From Alphaproteobacteria bacterium (GTDB taxonomy: Bacteria; Pseudomonadota; Alphaproteobacteria; MPNO01): 64,000 nucleotides of DNA. The notes under the pieces were generated by a model. The model was not told the DNA's origin. It saw nothing but the letters and a program-made list of their open reading frames with translations, and made no database searches. A program made the translations under genes and the position numbers. Shown here piece by piece: positions 28,904 to 36,729 of this stretch (its first letter is position 1; every line of letters begins with the position of its first letter). Location: contig CBDBCV010000012.1 in NCBI GenBank assembly GCA_965203455.1, positions 175,911-239,910 on the forward strand, in the 5' to 3' direction.

Positions 28904-29932
28904 ATGAAGTTCGGCATCTTCGACCATGTCGACCGCGGCCGGGAGGTCCCGCTGTCGGACCTCTACGAGGACCGCCTCCGGATGGTCGAGCGGTACGAGG
29001 CGGCGGGCATCCACTGCTATCACGTGGCGGAGCACCACGCGACGCCGCTCGGGATGGCGCCCGCCCCCGGCATTTTCCTCGCCGCCGTTGCCCAGCGGAC
29101 GCGGACGATGCTGTTCGGCCCGCTGGTCTACATCCTGCCGCTCTACGACCCGGTCCGGCTGGCGGAGGAAATCTGCATGCTGGACCATCTCGGGCGGGGA
29201 CGGTTCCAGCTCGGCGTCGGGCGCGGCATCTCGTTCCTCGAGCTCGGCCATTTCGGCATCGCCCATCCGGAGGTGCGGGAGATCTACGAGGAGTCGCTCG
29301 AGATCGTCCTCGCCGCGCTCGGAAACGAGACCCTCGACCACGCGGGCAAGCGGTTCCGCTATACGGGCTTTCCGATGGAATTGCGCCCGTTCCAGGCGCC
29401 GCACCCGCCGCTCTGGTACGGGCCGGGGACGCGCGCTTCCGCCGAATGGTCGGCGCGGATGAAGGCCAATATCGTCATCAACGCCCCGGCCGGGGCCGCC
29501 GCCCCGCTGATCGAGGCCTTCCGGGAGACCTGGGCCGAAACCCACGGCGCGGCGCCGCCGCCGCTGATGGGGATCACGCGCCAGACCTATGTGGCGGAGA
29601 CCGACGCGGAGGCCGAGAAGCGCGGCCGGCCGGCCTTCGATTCATGGTTCGCGAGTTTCGCCAGGCTGTGGCGCGACTTCGGCGCCAACCCGACCCGATA
29701 CCCCGACGATTTCGACGAGGCGCGCCGGATCGGGGTGATCACGGTGGGCTCGCCCGAGACCGTGCGCGCGGAAATCGCCGAGCAGCGGGAGCGGAGCGGC
29801 TGCACCTATTTCGTGTCGCGGTTCGCCTACGGAGACCTCACATTCGAGGAGTCGGCCCGCTCGCTCGACCTCTTCGCCGCCGAGGTGATGCCGCATTTCC
29901 AGGACGAGGCGGCGCGGCCGGCCGCGGAGTAG
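28904..29932 (+). CDS. LLM-class flavin-dependent oxidoreductase
   Basis: MKFGIF, AEHH, PVRLAEE..LDHL..GR..LGVGRG. Confidence 0.9.
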   Translation: MKFGIFDHVDRGREVPLSDLYEDRLRMVERYEAAGIHCYHVAEHHATPLGMAPAPGIFLAAVAQRTRTMLFGPLVYILPLYDPVRLAEEICMLDHLGRGRFQLGVGRGISFLELGHFGIAHPEVREIYEESLEIVLAALGNETLDHAGKRFRYTGFPMELRPFQAPHPPLWYGPGTRASAEWSARMKANIVINAPAGAAAPLIEAFRETWAETHGAAPPPLMGITRQTYVAETDAEAEKRGRPAFDSWFASFARLWRDFGANPTRYPDDFDEARRIGVITVGSPETVRAEIAEQRERSGCTYFVSRFAYGDLTFEESARSLDLFAAEVMPHFQDEAARPAAE

Positions 29933-29935
29933 GCG

Positions 29936-30469
29936 TCACACGGCGGGCTTCGCGTCGATCAGGACGAAGGCGATCCGGCACGGCTCGGCGCCGTTGTTGA
30001 CCCAGGCGTGGTTGGTCCCGCGCTGGATCACCACGTCGCCCGCCTTGAGGTGCACGTCGTCCTTCTCGTCGTCGAGCCAGAGATCGATCTCGCCGGAGAT
30101 CACGATCGCGTAGTCGACGCTGTCAGTGCGGTGCGAGCCGGGATGGCGCAGCGCGGCGCCCTCGGGCTCGTGCGCGCCGAGCGCGCTCGCCAGCGTGCCG
30201 GCGTCGTCCGACCGGGAAATCGCCGACTCGGGCGCGAACTCGACGACCCGGAACACCGATCCGCCCGCCGGCGGCTTGAGCGGGATGTCGCCCGTGACGG
30301 CGTCGTCCGACCCCGAATTGTCGGCCGGCGTCGCGGCCGTGCGCCACAGCTGGGTCGAGCCGGTGCCGTGCTCGCGCACCCGCACGTTGGGCGCGTCGCC
30401 GTCCAGAATGACGACCGCCATGCCGTTTTCGTCATGCCCCGTGACGACCCGCCTTACCGGTGCGACCAT
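29936..30469 (-). CDS. Cupin domain protein
   Basis: RRVVTGHD, HRTDSVDY, QRGTNHAW. Confidence 0.85.
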   Translation of the reverse strand: MVAPVRRVVTGHDENGMAVVILDGDAPNVRVREHGTGSTQLWRTAATPADNSGSDDAVTGDIPLKPPAGGSVFRVVEFAPESAISRSDDAGTLASALGAHEPEGAALRHPGSHRTDSVDYAIVISGEIDLWLDDEKDDVHLKAGDVVIQRGTNHAWVNNGAEPCRIAFVLIDAKPAV

Positions 30470-30608
30470 TTGCCGTCTCCCGATGTCGTTTCCATGCCGA
30501 CTCCGAGTATCCCCTCGGCAAATGTCTAGCGGCAAATGCCTACTTGTCGCCGGAAACGAAACGCGGCATAAGGGGGCGCCATTTCAACAACGGAAAGGAG
30601 GTGATCCA

Positions 30609-30680
30609 GTGTCTCATTGTCGCCAACCGCGGACGCGGGTGAACTGGGTCTCCGCCTCTCGGGGGTCCTGGGTCGCCTAG
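30609..30680 (+). CDS. Candidate 23-aa small ORF (or sRNA) with extreme Shine-Dalgarno
   Basis: GAAAGGAGGTGATCCA-GTG; upstream TTGTCG-N17-CATAAG promoter-like; downstream hairpin. Confidence 0.5.
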   Translation: MSHCRQPRTRVNWVSASRGSWVA

Positions 30681-30721
30681 AGCGACGCTCGCGGCCACAC
30701 TCCGGCCGCGGTTAGACAATG

Positions 30722-30752
30722 GAAGGGCCGTCCTCCGGGGCGGCCCTTCTTC
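30722..30752 (+). terminator. Probable intrinsic terminator
   Basis: GAAGGGCCGTCC-TCCG-GGGCGGCCCTTC-TTC; weak U-tract. Confidence 0.55.
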
Positions 30753-30802
30753 ATGGGCGGAGCGGACTGTAATGTCGCGCGGCGCTTGAGGGGACGGGCG
30801 GG

Positions 30803-32431
30803 ATGGCGGAAACCTACGACTACATCGTCGTCGGCGCGGGATCGGCGGGGTGCGTGCTCGCCGGCAGGCTGACCGAGGACCCGGATTGCCGGGTGCTGCT
30901 GCTGGAGGCCGGGCCGCGCGACCGCGATCCGCTGATCTCGATCCCCATCGGCATCGGCAAGATGCATGCCGACCGGCTGCACGACTGGGGATACGACTCC
31001 GAGCCCGAGGACGGGCTCGACGGGCGTTCCGTCGAAGCGCTGCGCGGCAAGGTGATCGGCGGCTCGTCCTCGATCAACGTCATGGCCTATGTGCGCGGCC
31101 ACCGGGGCGATTACGACCGCTGGGCGCAGAAGGGCTGCGCCGGCTGGTCCTATGCCGACGTGCTGCCCTACTTCAAGCGCTGCGAGAGCTGGGAGGAGGG
31201 CGGCGACACGTGGCGCGGCACGGAGGGTCCGCTCGGCGTGGTGCGCTCGAAGTCCCGCGATCCGCTGTTCGACGCCTGGATGCAGGCAGGCGAGGAATCG
31301 GGCTTCGGCGTCACGCCCGACTATAACGGCGAACGGCAGGAAGGGTTCGGCCGCAGCCAGTGGACCATCCGCGGCGGCAGGCGTTGCAGCGCCGCGGTCG
31401 CGTATCTCAGGCCCGCGATGCAGAGGCCGAACCTCACGGTCCTGACCGAGGCCTTGGCGACGCGCGTCGTCCTGGACGGCACGCGGGCGCGCGGCGTCGC
31501 CTGGCTGAAAGGCGGGCGGGAGCGTATCGCCCATGCCGAGCGCGAGGTCCTGCTGTCGGGCGGGGTGTTCAACTCGCCCCAGCTCCTGATGCTGTCCGGC
31601 ATCGGCCCGGCCGAGCACCTGCGCGAGATCGGGATCGGGGTCGCGGTCGACCTGCCGGGCGTCGGGCGGAACCTGCAGGACCATCTCGCGGTCCAGCTGA
31701 TGAACGCGCGCAGCGGCAACGGACATTTCCACGGCGAGCTTCGCATGGACCGCCTCGCGGTCAACATAACGCGCGCCTGGGCCTTCGGAACCGGACCGGC
31801 GACCTGGCTCCCCAACGGGATGCACGGCTTCGTCAGGACCCGGCCGGAGCTCGCCGTGCCGGACATCCAGTTCCTCACCCGCGGCGCGGGGCTCGACGCG
31901 CGGCCGTGGCTGCCGGGCGTCCGGCCCGCGCCGCCCGACCAGTACGGCATGCGCCCCGTGGTCCTTCACCCCGAGAGCGCGGGCGAGGTCAGGCTGCACT
32001 CCTCCGATCCGGCGGCGCCGGTCCGCATCCGCCCCAATTTCCTGGCGAGCCGGGCGGATCTGGAGACGCTCCGCGCCGGCGTCAAGGCCGCCCGCGAGGT
32101 GTTCTCGCAGCCCGCGCTCGCCCCATACCACAAGGCGGAGACCGAGCCGGGGCCGGGCGTCAGGACCGACGCCGAGATCGATGCCTGGATCCGCGAGACC
32201 GCGATCACCGCGCACCACCCCTCCTGCACCTGCCGGATGGGGATCGACGGGGACGCGGTCCTCGATCCTGAGCTGAGGGTCCGGGGCGCCGAGGGTCTCC
32301 GCGTGGTCGACGCCGCGGCGATGCCCGACCTCGTCTCCGGCAACATCAACGCCTGCGTCCTGATGATGGCGGAAAAGGCGTCCGACATGATCCGCGGCCG
32401 TCCGCCCTTGCCGCGGGAAGAGGGGGCGTAG
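30803..32431 (+). CDS. GMC oxidoreductase (choline dehydrogenase-like)
   Basis: GAGSAG, GGSSSINVMAYVRG, NLQDH, HHPSCTC, SGNIN. Confidence 0.9.
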   Translation: MAETYDYIVVGAGSAGCVLAGRLTEDPDCRVLLLEAGPRDRDPLISIPIGIGKMHADRLHDWGYDSEPEDGLDGRSVEALRGKVIGGSSSINVMAYVRGHRGDYDRWAQKGCAGWSYADVLPYFKRCESWEEGGDTWRGTEGPLGVVRSKSRDPLFDAWMQAGEESGFGVTPDYNGERQEGFGRSQWTIRGGRRCSAAVAYLRPAMQRPNLTVLTEALATRVVLDGTRARGVAWLKGGRERIAHAEREVLLSGGVFNSPQLLMLSGIGPAEHLREIGIGVAVDLPGVGRNLQDHLAVQLMNARSGNGHFHGELRMDRLAVNITRAWAFGTGPATWLPNGMHGFVRTRPELAVPDIQFLTRGAGLDARPWLPGVRPAPPDQYGMRPVVLHPESAGEVRLHSSDPAAPVRIRPNFLASRADLETLRAGVKAAREVFSQPALAPYHKAETEPGPGVRTDAEIDAWIRETAITAHHPSCTCRMGIDGDAVLDPELRVRGAEGLRVVDAAAMPDLVSGNINACVLMMAEKASDMIRGRPPLPREEGA

Positions 32432-32529
32432 CCAGGCGGCGGCAATTTTGTTGCGCGTAGGTGCCCCCCAAGGACCTGTCCGGATAGAATCGCGCGACTA
32501 TCAAGCATCACATGCACAAGGGTTCAGTT

Positions 32530-32652
32530 ATGGGTAAAGGCGGAAAAGGCGGTGGCGGCGGCTCGAAGGGCGGCAAGGGTCAAGGAGGCTGGCCCTCCAG
32601 GACCGGCAATCCCTCGGGCGGCGGACGAACCAACGCGCCACCCAAGAAATAG
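32530..32652 (+). CDS. Candidate 40-aa Gly/Lys-rich peptide
   Basis: MGKGGKGGGGGSKGGKGQGGWPSRTGNPSGGGRTNAPPKK; below ORF-track cutoff. Confidence 0.55.
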   Translation: MGKGGKGGGGGSKGGKGQGGWPSRTGNPSGGGRTNAPPKK

Positions 32653-32707
32653 GTCTGCAATTCCGGCATTTCGGCCGCTACAGCATTCTCCGACCTGACG
32701 GGGTCGC

Positions 32708-32806
32708 CACCCTCCCCCGGCCCCTCCCGCAAGCGGGAGGGGAGAAGGCAACGAGGAGTCGGCGCGCGAATCCCCCTCTCCCCCGCGGGGAGAGGGTCGG
32801 GGTGAG
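32708..32806. repeat. Palindromic repeat pair, family C (reverse orientation)
   Basis: CCCCTCCCGCAAGCGGGAGGGG and CCCTCTCCCCCGCGGGGAGAGGG. Confidence 0.8.
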
Positions 32807-32887
32807 GCGGCCTCCCGGACGACAGCCGGCCGCGATCGTGCCCGGTCGGAAAAATGCTATAGCAAGAATGCAGGGATAGCTGCGGCC

Positions 32888-33463
32888 TCAGAGCACGCGC
32901 ACCGCGTAGCGGTGGACGAGGCGGCGCGACAGGCGGCGATCTTCGAAGGTGACGGTGACGCTCGCCGGTCCCGGCAGGGCGTCGGCGCCGGCATGGGCGA
33001 AGATGACGGCGGCCCCGGGCACCGCCCCGTCGGCGGGCAGGGCGGCGATGTCGGCCAGCGCGGTCTCGGCCGCGTGCGACCGACCGGCGGCGTCGACCGC
33101 TTCGGTCCGAAGGAAGACTTCGTCGAGGTGGCCGGCGATCTCGGCGAAGCGCCAGGTGGCGCGCGCGAGCGGCTTGGCGCAGAGCTGCCGCGCCCGCGCG
33201 GGGTCGTCGGCCAGCGCGCCGTCGACATGGTCCGAACCGATCCCGACGAGCGAACCCGCGCTCGCCGCGACGAGGGCGACCGCCCCCTGAGCGCGGGTCT
33301 CGGCGCCGACGACCTCGATCGCGGCGTCGCCGGTCAGCCGTTCGACCGAGACCGGGTAACGCGCGTTACCCACCGCGACCGTCAGACCGTCGAGCACGAT
33401 GTCGGGCGTGAACACGCCCTCGGCGGTCTCGACATGGGGACGGTAGACGAAACCCGCGCACAT
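32888..33463 (-). CDS. DUF2848-like protein (divergent)
   Basis: GIGSDH.D..RQLCAKP..W.F.EIAGHLD motif. Confidence 0.55.
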   Translation of the reverse strand: MCAGFVYRPHVETAEGVFTPDIVLDGLTVAVGNARYPVSVERLTGDAAIEVVGAETRAQGAVALVAASAGSLVGIGSDHVDGALADDPARARQLCAKPLARATWRFAEIAGHLDEVFLRTEAVDAAGRSHAAETALADIAALPADGAVPGAAVIFAHAGADALPGPASVTVTFEDRRLSRRLVHRYAVRVL

Positions 33464-33499
33464 GTGGCGCTTCCTCCCTGCCTCCGATAGCATCGCGGC

Positions 33500-34366
33500 A
33501 TGGCGAGCCGTCCCCACTACAGCGCCGAGGCGCTCGAAAGGCAATACGACGTCACCATCGGCGTCGACGACGTGGACGCGATCCAGGACGGGTACCGCCG
33601 GGCGTCGGACGAGGTCGCCGCCTCGGGACACGGAGTCCTCGACCTCGAATACGGCCCCGACCCGCTGCAACGCCTCGACCTGTTCCCCGCGCAGAACGGC
33701 GGGCCGGCCCCGCTCATGGTCTATATCCACGGCGGCTACTGGAAGGGCGGCGAGAAGGCCGGGCGCCGTTTCCCCGCGCCGTTCTACAACGACGCCGGGA
33801 TCGCCTGGGCGCCGATAAACTACCGCCTGTCCCCGTCGTGCACGATGGACGGGATCGTGGCCGACGTTCGCGCCGCGCTCGCATGGCTCTACCGCAACAC
33901 GGCGGATTACGGGATCGACCGCGACCGGATCCACGTCGCGGGACATTCGGCCGGCGGTCACCTGACGGGAATGGCGCTCGCGCCCGGCTGGCACGCGGAA
34001 TACGGCGTGCCGGGAGACATCGTGAAGGGCGCCTGCGCGACGAGCGGGGTTTTCGACCTCGAACCGATGCGGCGCACCAGTCACCAGGACAACCTCGCCC
34101 TCGACGACGACGCGACGGCGCGCAACTCGCCCGTCGGACACCCGCCGGCGGCGCCGGTTCCCGCGGTCGTCGCCTGGGGCACAAGGGAGTCGGACGAATT
34201 CCGGCGCCAATCCGAGGACTACGCCGCAGCGCTCGAGGCGGCGGGCTGCGACGTCACCCTGATCGGCGCCGAGGGGCACGATCATTTCTCGATCATGGGC
34301 GACATGGCGCGCCCGGACACCCCGCTCGGAAGCGCGATGCTGAACCTCGTGCGGCGGGCGGTTTAG
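33500..34366 (+). CDS. alpha/beta hydrolase, kynurenine formamidase/arylformamidase-like
   Basis: HGGYW, GHSAGGHL, SGVFDL, DHF. Confidence 0.8.
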   Translation: MASRPHYSAEALERQYDVTIGVDDVDAIQDGYRRASDEVAASGHGVLDLEYGPDPLQRLDLFPAQNGGPAPLMVYIHGGYWKGGEKAGRRFPAPFYNDAGIAWAPINYRLSPSCTMDGIVADVRAALAWLYRNTADYGIDRDRIHVAGHSAGGHLTGMALAPGWHAEYGVPGDIVKGACATSGVFDLEPMRRTSHQDNLALDDDATARNSPVGHPPAAPVPAVVAWGTRESDEFRRQSEDYAAALEAAGCDVTLIGAEGHDHFSIMGDMARPDTPLGSAMLNLVRRAV

Positions 34367-34384
34367 AGGCGCAGTATTCACCCT

Positions 34385-34480
34385 GTCATGGTCGGCGAAG
34401 GCCGGCCATCCACGAGTTTTTCTCTATCGATCGAAGAAGAAAAAACAAATCGTGGATGGCCGGCCTTCGCCGACCATGAC
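34385..34480. repeat. REP-like inverted doublet, family B'
   Basis: GTCATGGTCGGCGAAGGCCGGCCATCCACGA ... exact reverse complement. Confidence 0.9.
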
Positions 34481-34504
34481 AAGAAAACGAGAGGGGTCGG
34501 GACG

Positions 34505-36103
34505 ATGCCGTACAGGGACCTCCGGGATTACATCGACGCGCTGGAGAGGCGCGGCCTGCTGCACGTCGTCGACGGGCGGGTCTGCAAGGACACCGAGCTG
34601 GTGCCGCTGGTCCGGCTCCAGTTCCGCGGGCTGCCGGAGGCCGAGCGCAAGGCGTTCTGGTTCCGCGACGTGACGGATGCGCGCGGGCGCGACTATCCGG
34701 GCTCCGTGGTGCTCGGATCGCTCGGCAGCTCGCGCGAAATCTACGGCGCGGCGCTCGGCGTCGACGCGGACGGGATCGCCGCCCATTGGGCCGGGGTCGA
34801 GGGCAATCACCTGCCGCCGGTCGAGGTTTCGGCCGATGCCGCGCCGGTCAGGGAAACCGTCATCCGGGCGCCCGATCTCGGCGCCGGCGTCGACCTGTTC
34901 CCGCACCTGATCTCGACCCCGGGATTCGATCCGGCACCGTTCGTCACCGCCGGGGTCTGGGTGACGCGCGATCCGGAGACCGGATCGTACAATCTCGGCA
35001 TCTATCGCGGGATGATCAAGGCGCCCGACCGGGTGGGCTGCGCGACCGACGTCTCGACCCAGCATCTGGCGATCCAGTGGGAGAAGGCGCGGCGCCTCGG
35101 ACGGCATCTCGAGGTGGCGGTGTTCATCGGCGGCCCGCCGACGCTGCTGTTCGCCGCCGCCAGCAAGGTGCCCTACGGGGTCGACGAGTACGGCATCGCG
35201 GGCGCGCTCAACGGCGCCCCGATCGAGACCGTCGCCGCCGAGACGGTGGACTGCCAGGTGCCGGCCACGGCCGAGATCGTCATCGAGGGACGCATCCGCA
35301 CCGACTTCCTCGAACCCGAGGCGCCGTTCGGCGAGGCGTCCGGCTATCTCGGCCCGCGCAAGATGGAAAAGGTGCTGGAGGTGAGCGCCATCACCCACCG
35401 CGAGGCGCCGGTCTATCAGGGCATCATCAGCGAGTTCCCGCCGAGCGAGAGCACGGTGATCCGCAAGGCGGCGTTCGACGCGGTCTATCTCAACCACCTC
35501 CGGGGGGCGTGCAACATCCCCTCGGTCACCAGGGTCGCGTGCCACGAGATGGCGAGCTGCAACATGATGTTCGTGATCCAACTCGACCGGCCCGAGCTCG
35601 GCCAGCCCTGGCAGGCGCTGCGCGCGGCGGCGGCGTTCGACCCCTCGCTCGGCAAGATCTTCATCGCGGTCGATTCCGACGTCGACCCCGATTCGATGGA
35701 CGCGGTACTGTGGGCGCTCTCCTATTCGATGCAGCCGCACCGCGACACCGAGGTCATCCGCGGCAAGGTGCCCCGGCTCGACCCGTCGATCACGCCTTCA
35801 GAGGACGCGCGCCAGTTCGCCTACCCGGACGGCGCGGGCGCCTCGTCGATCCTGATCAACGCCTGCCGGGAGCACCCCTATCTGCCGGTGTCGCTGCCGC
35901 GCCGCGACTTCATGGAGAAGGCGCTGGAACGCTGGCGGGCGCTGTCGCTGCCGGAGCTCGACCTGCGGGCGCCGTGGCACGGCTACCCGCTCGACGGCTG
36001 GACGGCGGAGAACGAGGAAGAGGCCGATCTCGCCGTGACCGGACGCTATTTCGAGACCGGAGAGAAGCTCGCCGGACGCCGCCGCGAGCAGGGAGATGGG
36101 TGA
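34505..36103 (+). CDS. UbiD family (de)carboxylase
   Basis: DLRDYI, NLGIYR, PATAEIVIEG, EAPFGE. Confidence 0.9.
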   Translation: MPYRDLRDYIDALERRGLLHVVDGRVCKDTELVPLVRLQFRGLPEAERKAFWFRDVTDARGRDYPGSVVLGSLGSSREIYGAALGVDADGIAAHWAGVEGNHLPPVEVSADAAPVRETVIRAPDLGAGVDLFPHLISTPGFDPAPFVTAGVWVTRDPETGSYNLGIYRGMIKAPDRVGCATDVSTQHLAIQWEKARRLGRHLEVAVFIGGPPTLLFAAASKVPYGVDEYGIAGALNGAPIETVAAETVDCQVPATAEIVIEGRIRTDFLEPEAPFGEASGYLGPRKMEKVLEVSAITHREAPVYQGIISEFPPSESTVIRKAAFDAVYLNHLRGACNIPSVTRVACHEMASCNMMFVIQLDRPELGQPWQALRAAAAFDPSLGKIFIAVDSDVDPDSMDAVLWALSYSMQPHRDTEVIRGKVPRLDPSITPSEDARQFAYPDGAGASSILINACREHPYLPVSLPRRDFMEKALERWRALSLPELDLRAPWHGYPLDGWTAENEEEADLAVTGRYFETGEKLAGRRREQGDG

Positions 36104-36111
36104 GCGCCAAA

Positions 36112-36184
36112 TTATCCACCCCTTCTCCACCGACTTATCCAAAAACATCGATAATTCAACTGTTTATCCCCCGAACTATCCCCA
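36112..36184 (+). promoter_or_regulatory. Cluster of five co-oriented DnaA-box-like 9-mers
   Basis: TTATCCACC, TTCTCCACC, TTATCCAAA, TTATCCCCC, CTATCCCCA versus TTATCCACA. Confidence 0.45.
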
Positions 36185-36193
36185 GAAAAAATT

Positions 36194-36480
36194 GGAGCTT
36201 ATATCGATTACTTGACAGGAGCGGGGCTGACAGGCGTTCCGGGCAGCGCCGGGGCGCATTCGGGTCCCGGCGGGCCGTTCCTCCCCGTCATGGTCGGCGA
36301 AGGCCGACCATCCACGAGTTTTTGCGGCGCCGGAAACGAAAAACAAATCGTGGATGGTCGGCCTTCGCCGACCATGACGGGGGGGAGTCTGGGCGGTTTC
36401 CATGCCCGCCGCGACGCGACGGCGTCCCCGGCCCCGATCCGCGCCCGACAGCCGGCCGTCAAGTAATCGATATAAGCCCC
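36194..36480. mobile_element. 287-bp MITE with IS1016-like ends carrying a REP doublet
   Basis: 23-bp TIRs GGRGCTTATATCGATTACTTGAC; AAAAATT duplicated; no credible ORF. Confidence 0.85.
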
Positions 36481-36729
36481 AAAAATTGGTCCGATATGGG
36501 ACTATTTTCGCGTCCCCCGGGGACGGGAAAGCGCCGCGCAACGCGCCCGCGAAGAGGCCGGAAGGCAGCGGCGAATACCGGTTCGGACAGCCGCGCCAGC
36601 GGCTTGCGGGGATACGTCGCCGGGAAGGTGGAAGAGCGGCGCCGGGGACGCCCGGATGGCGGGACGCGCCGAATATTCACTACCGAAGGGTAACGAATTA
36701 GCGCGTATCCGCTTTCGTTAGAGCGGCAG

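Noticed and set aside
30593-30609. 16S rRNA gene fragment on minus strand
   Set aside because: Similarity stops after 17 nt and flanks are not rRNA-like.
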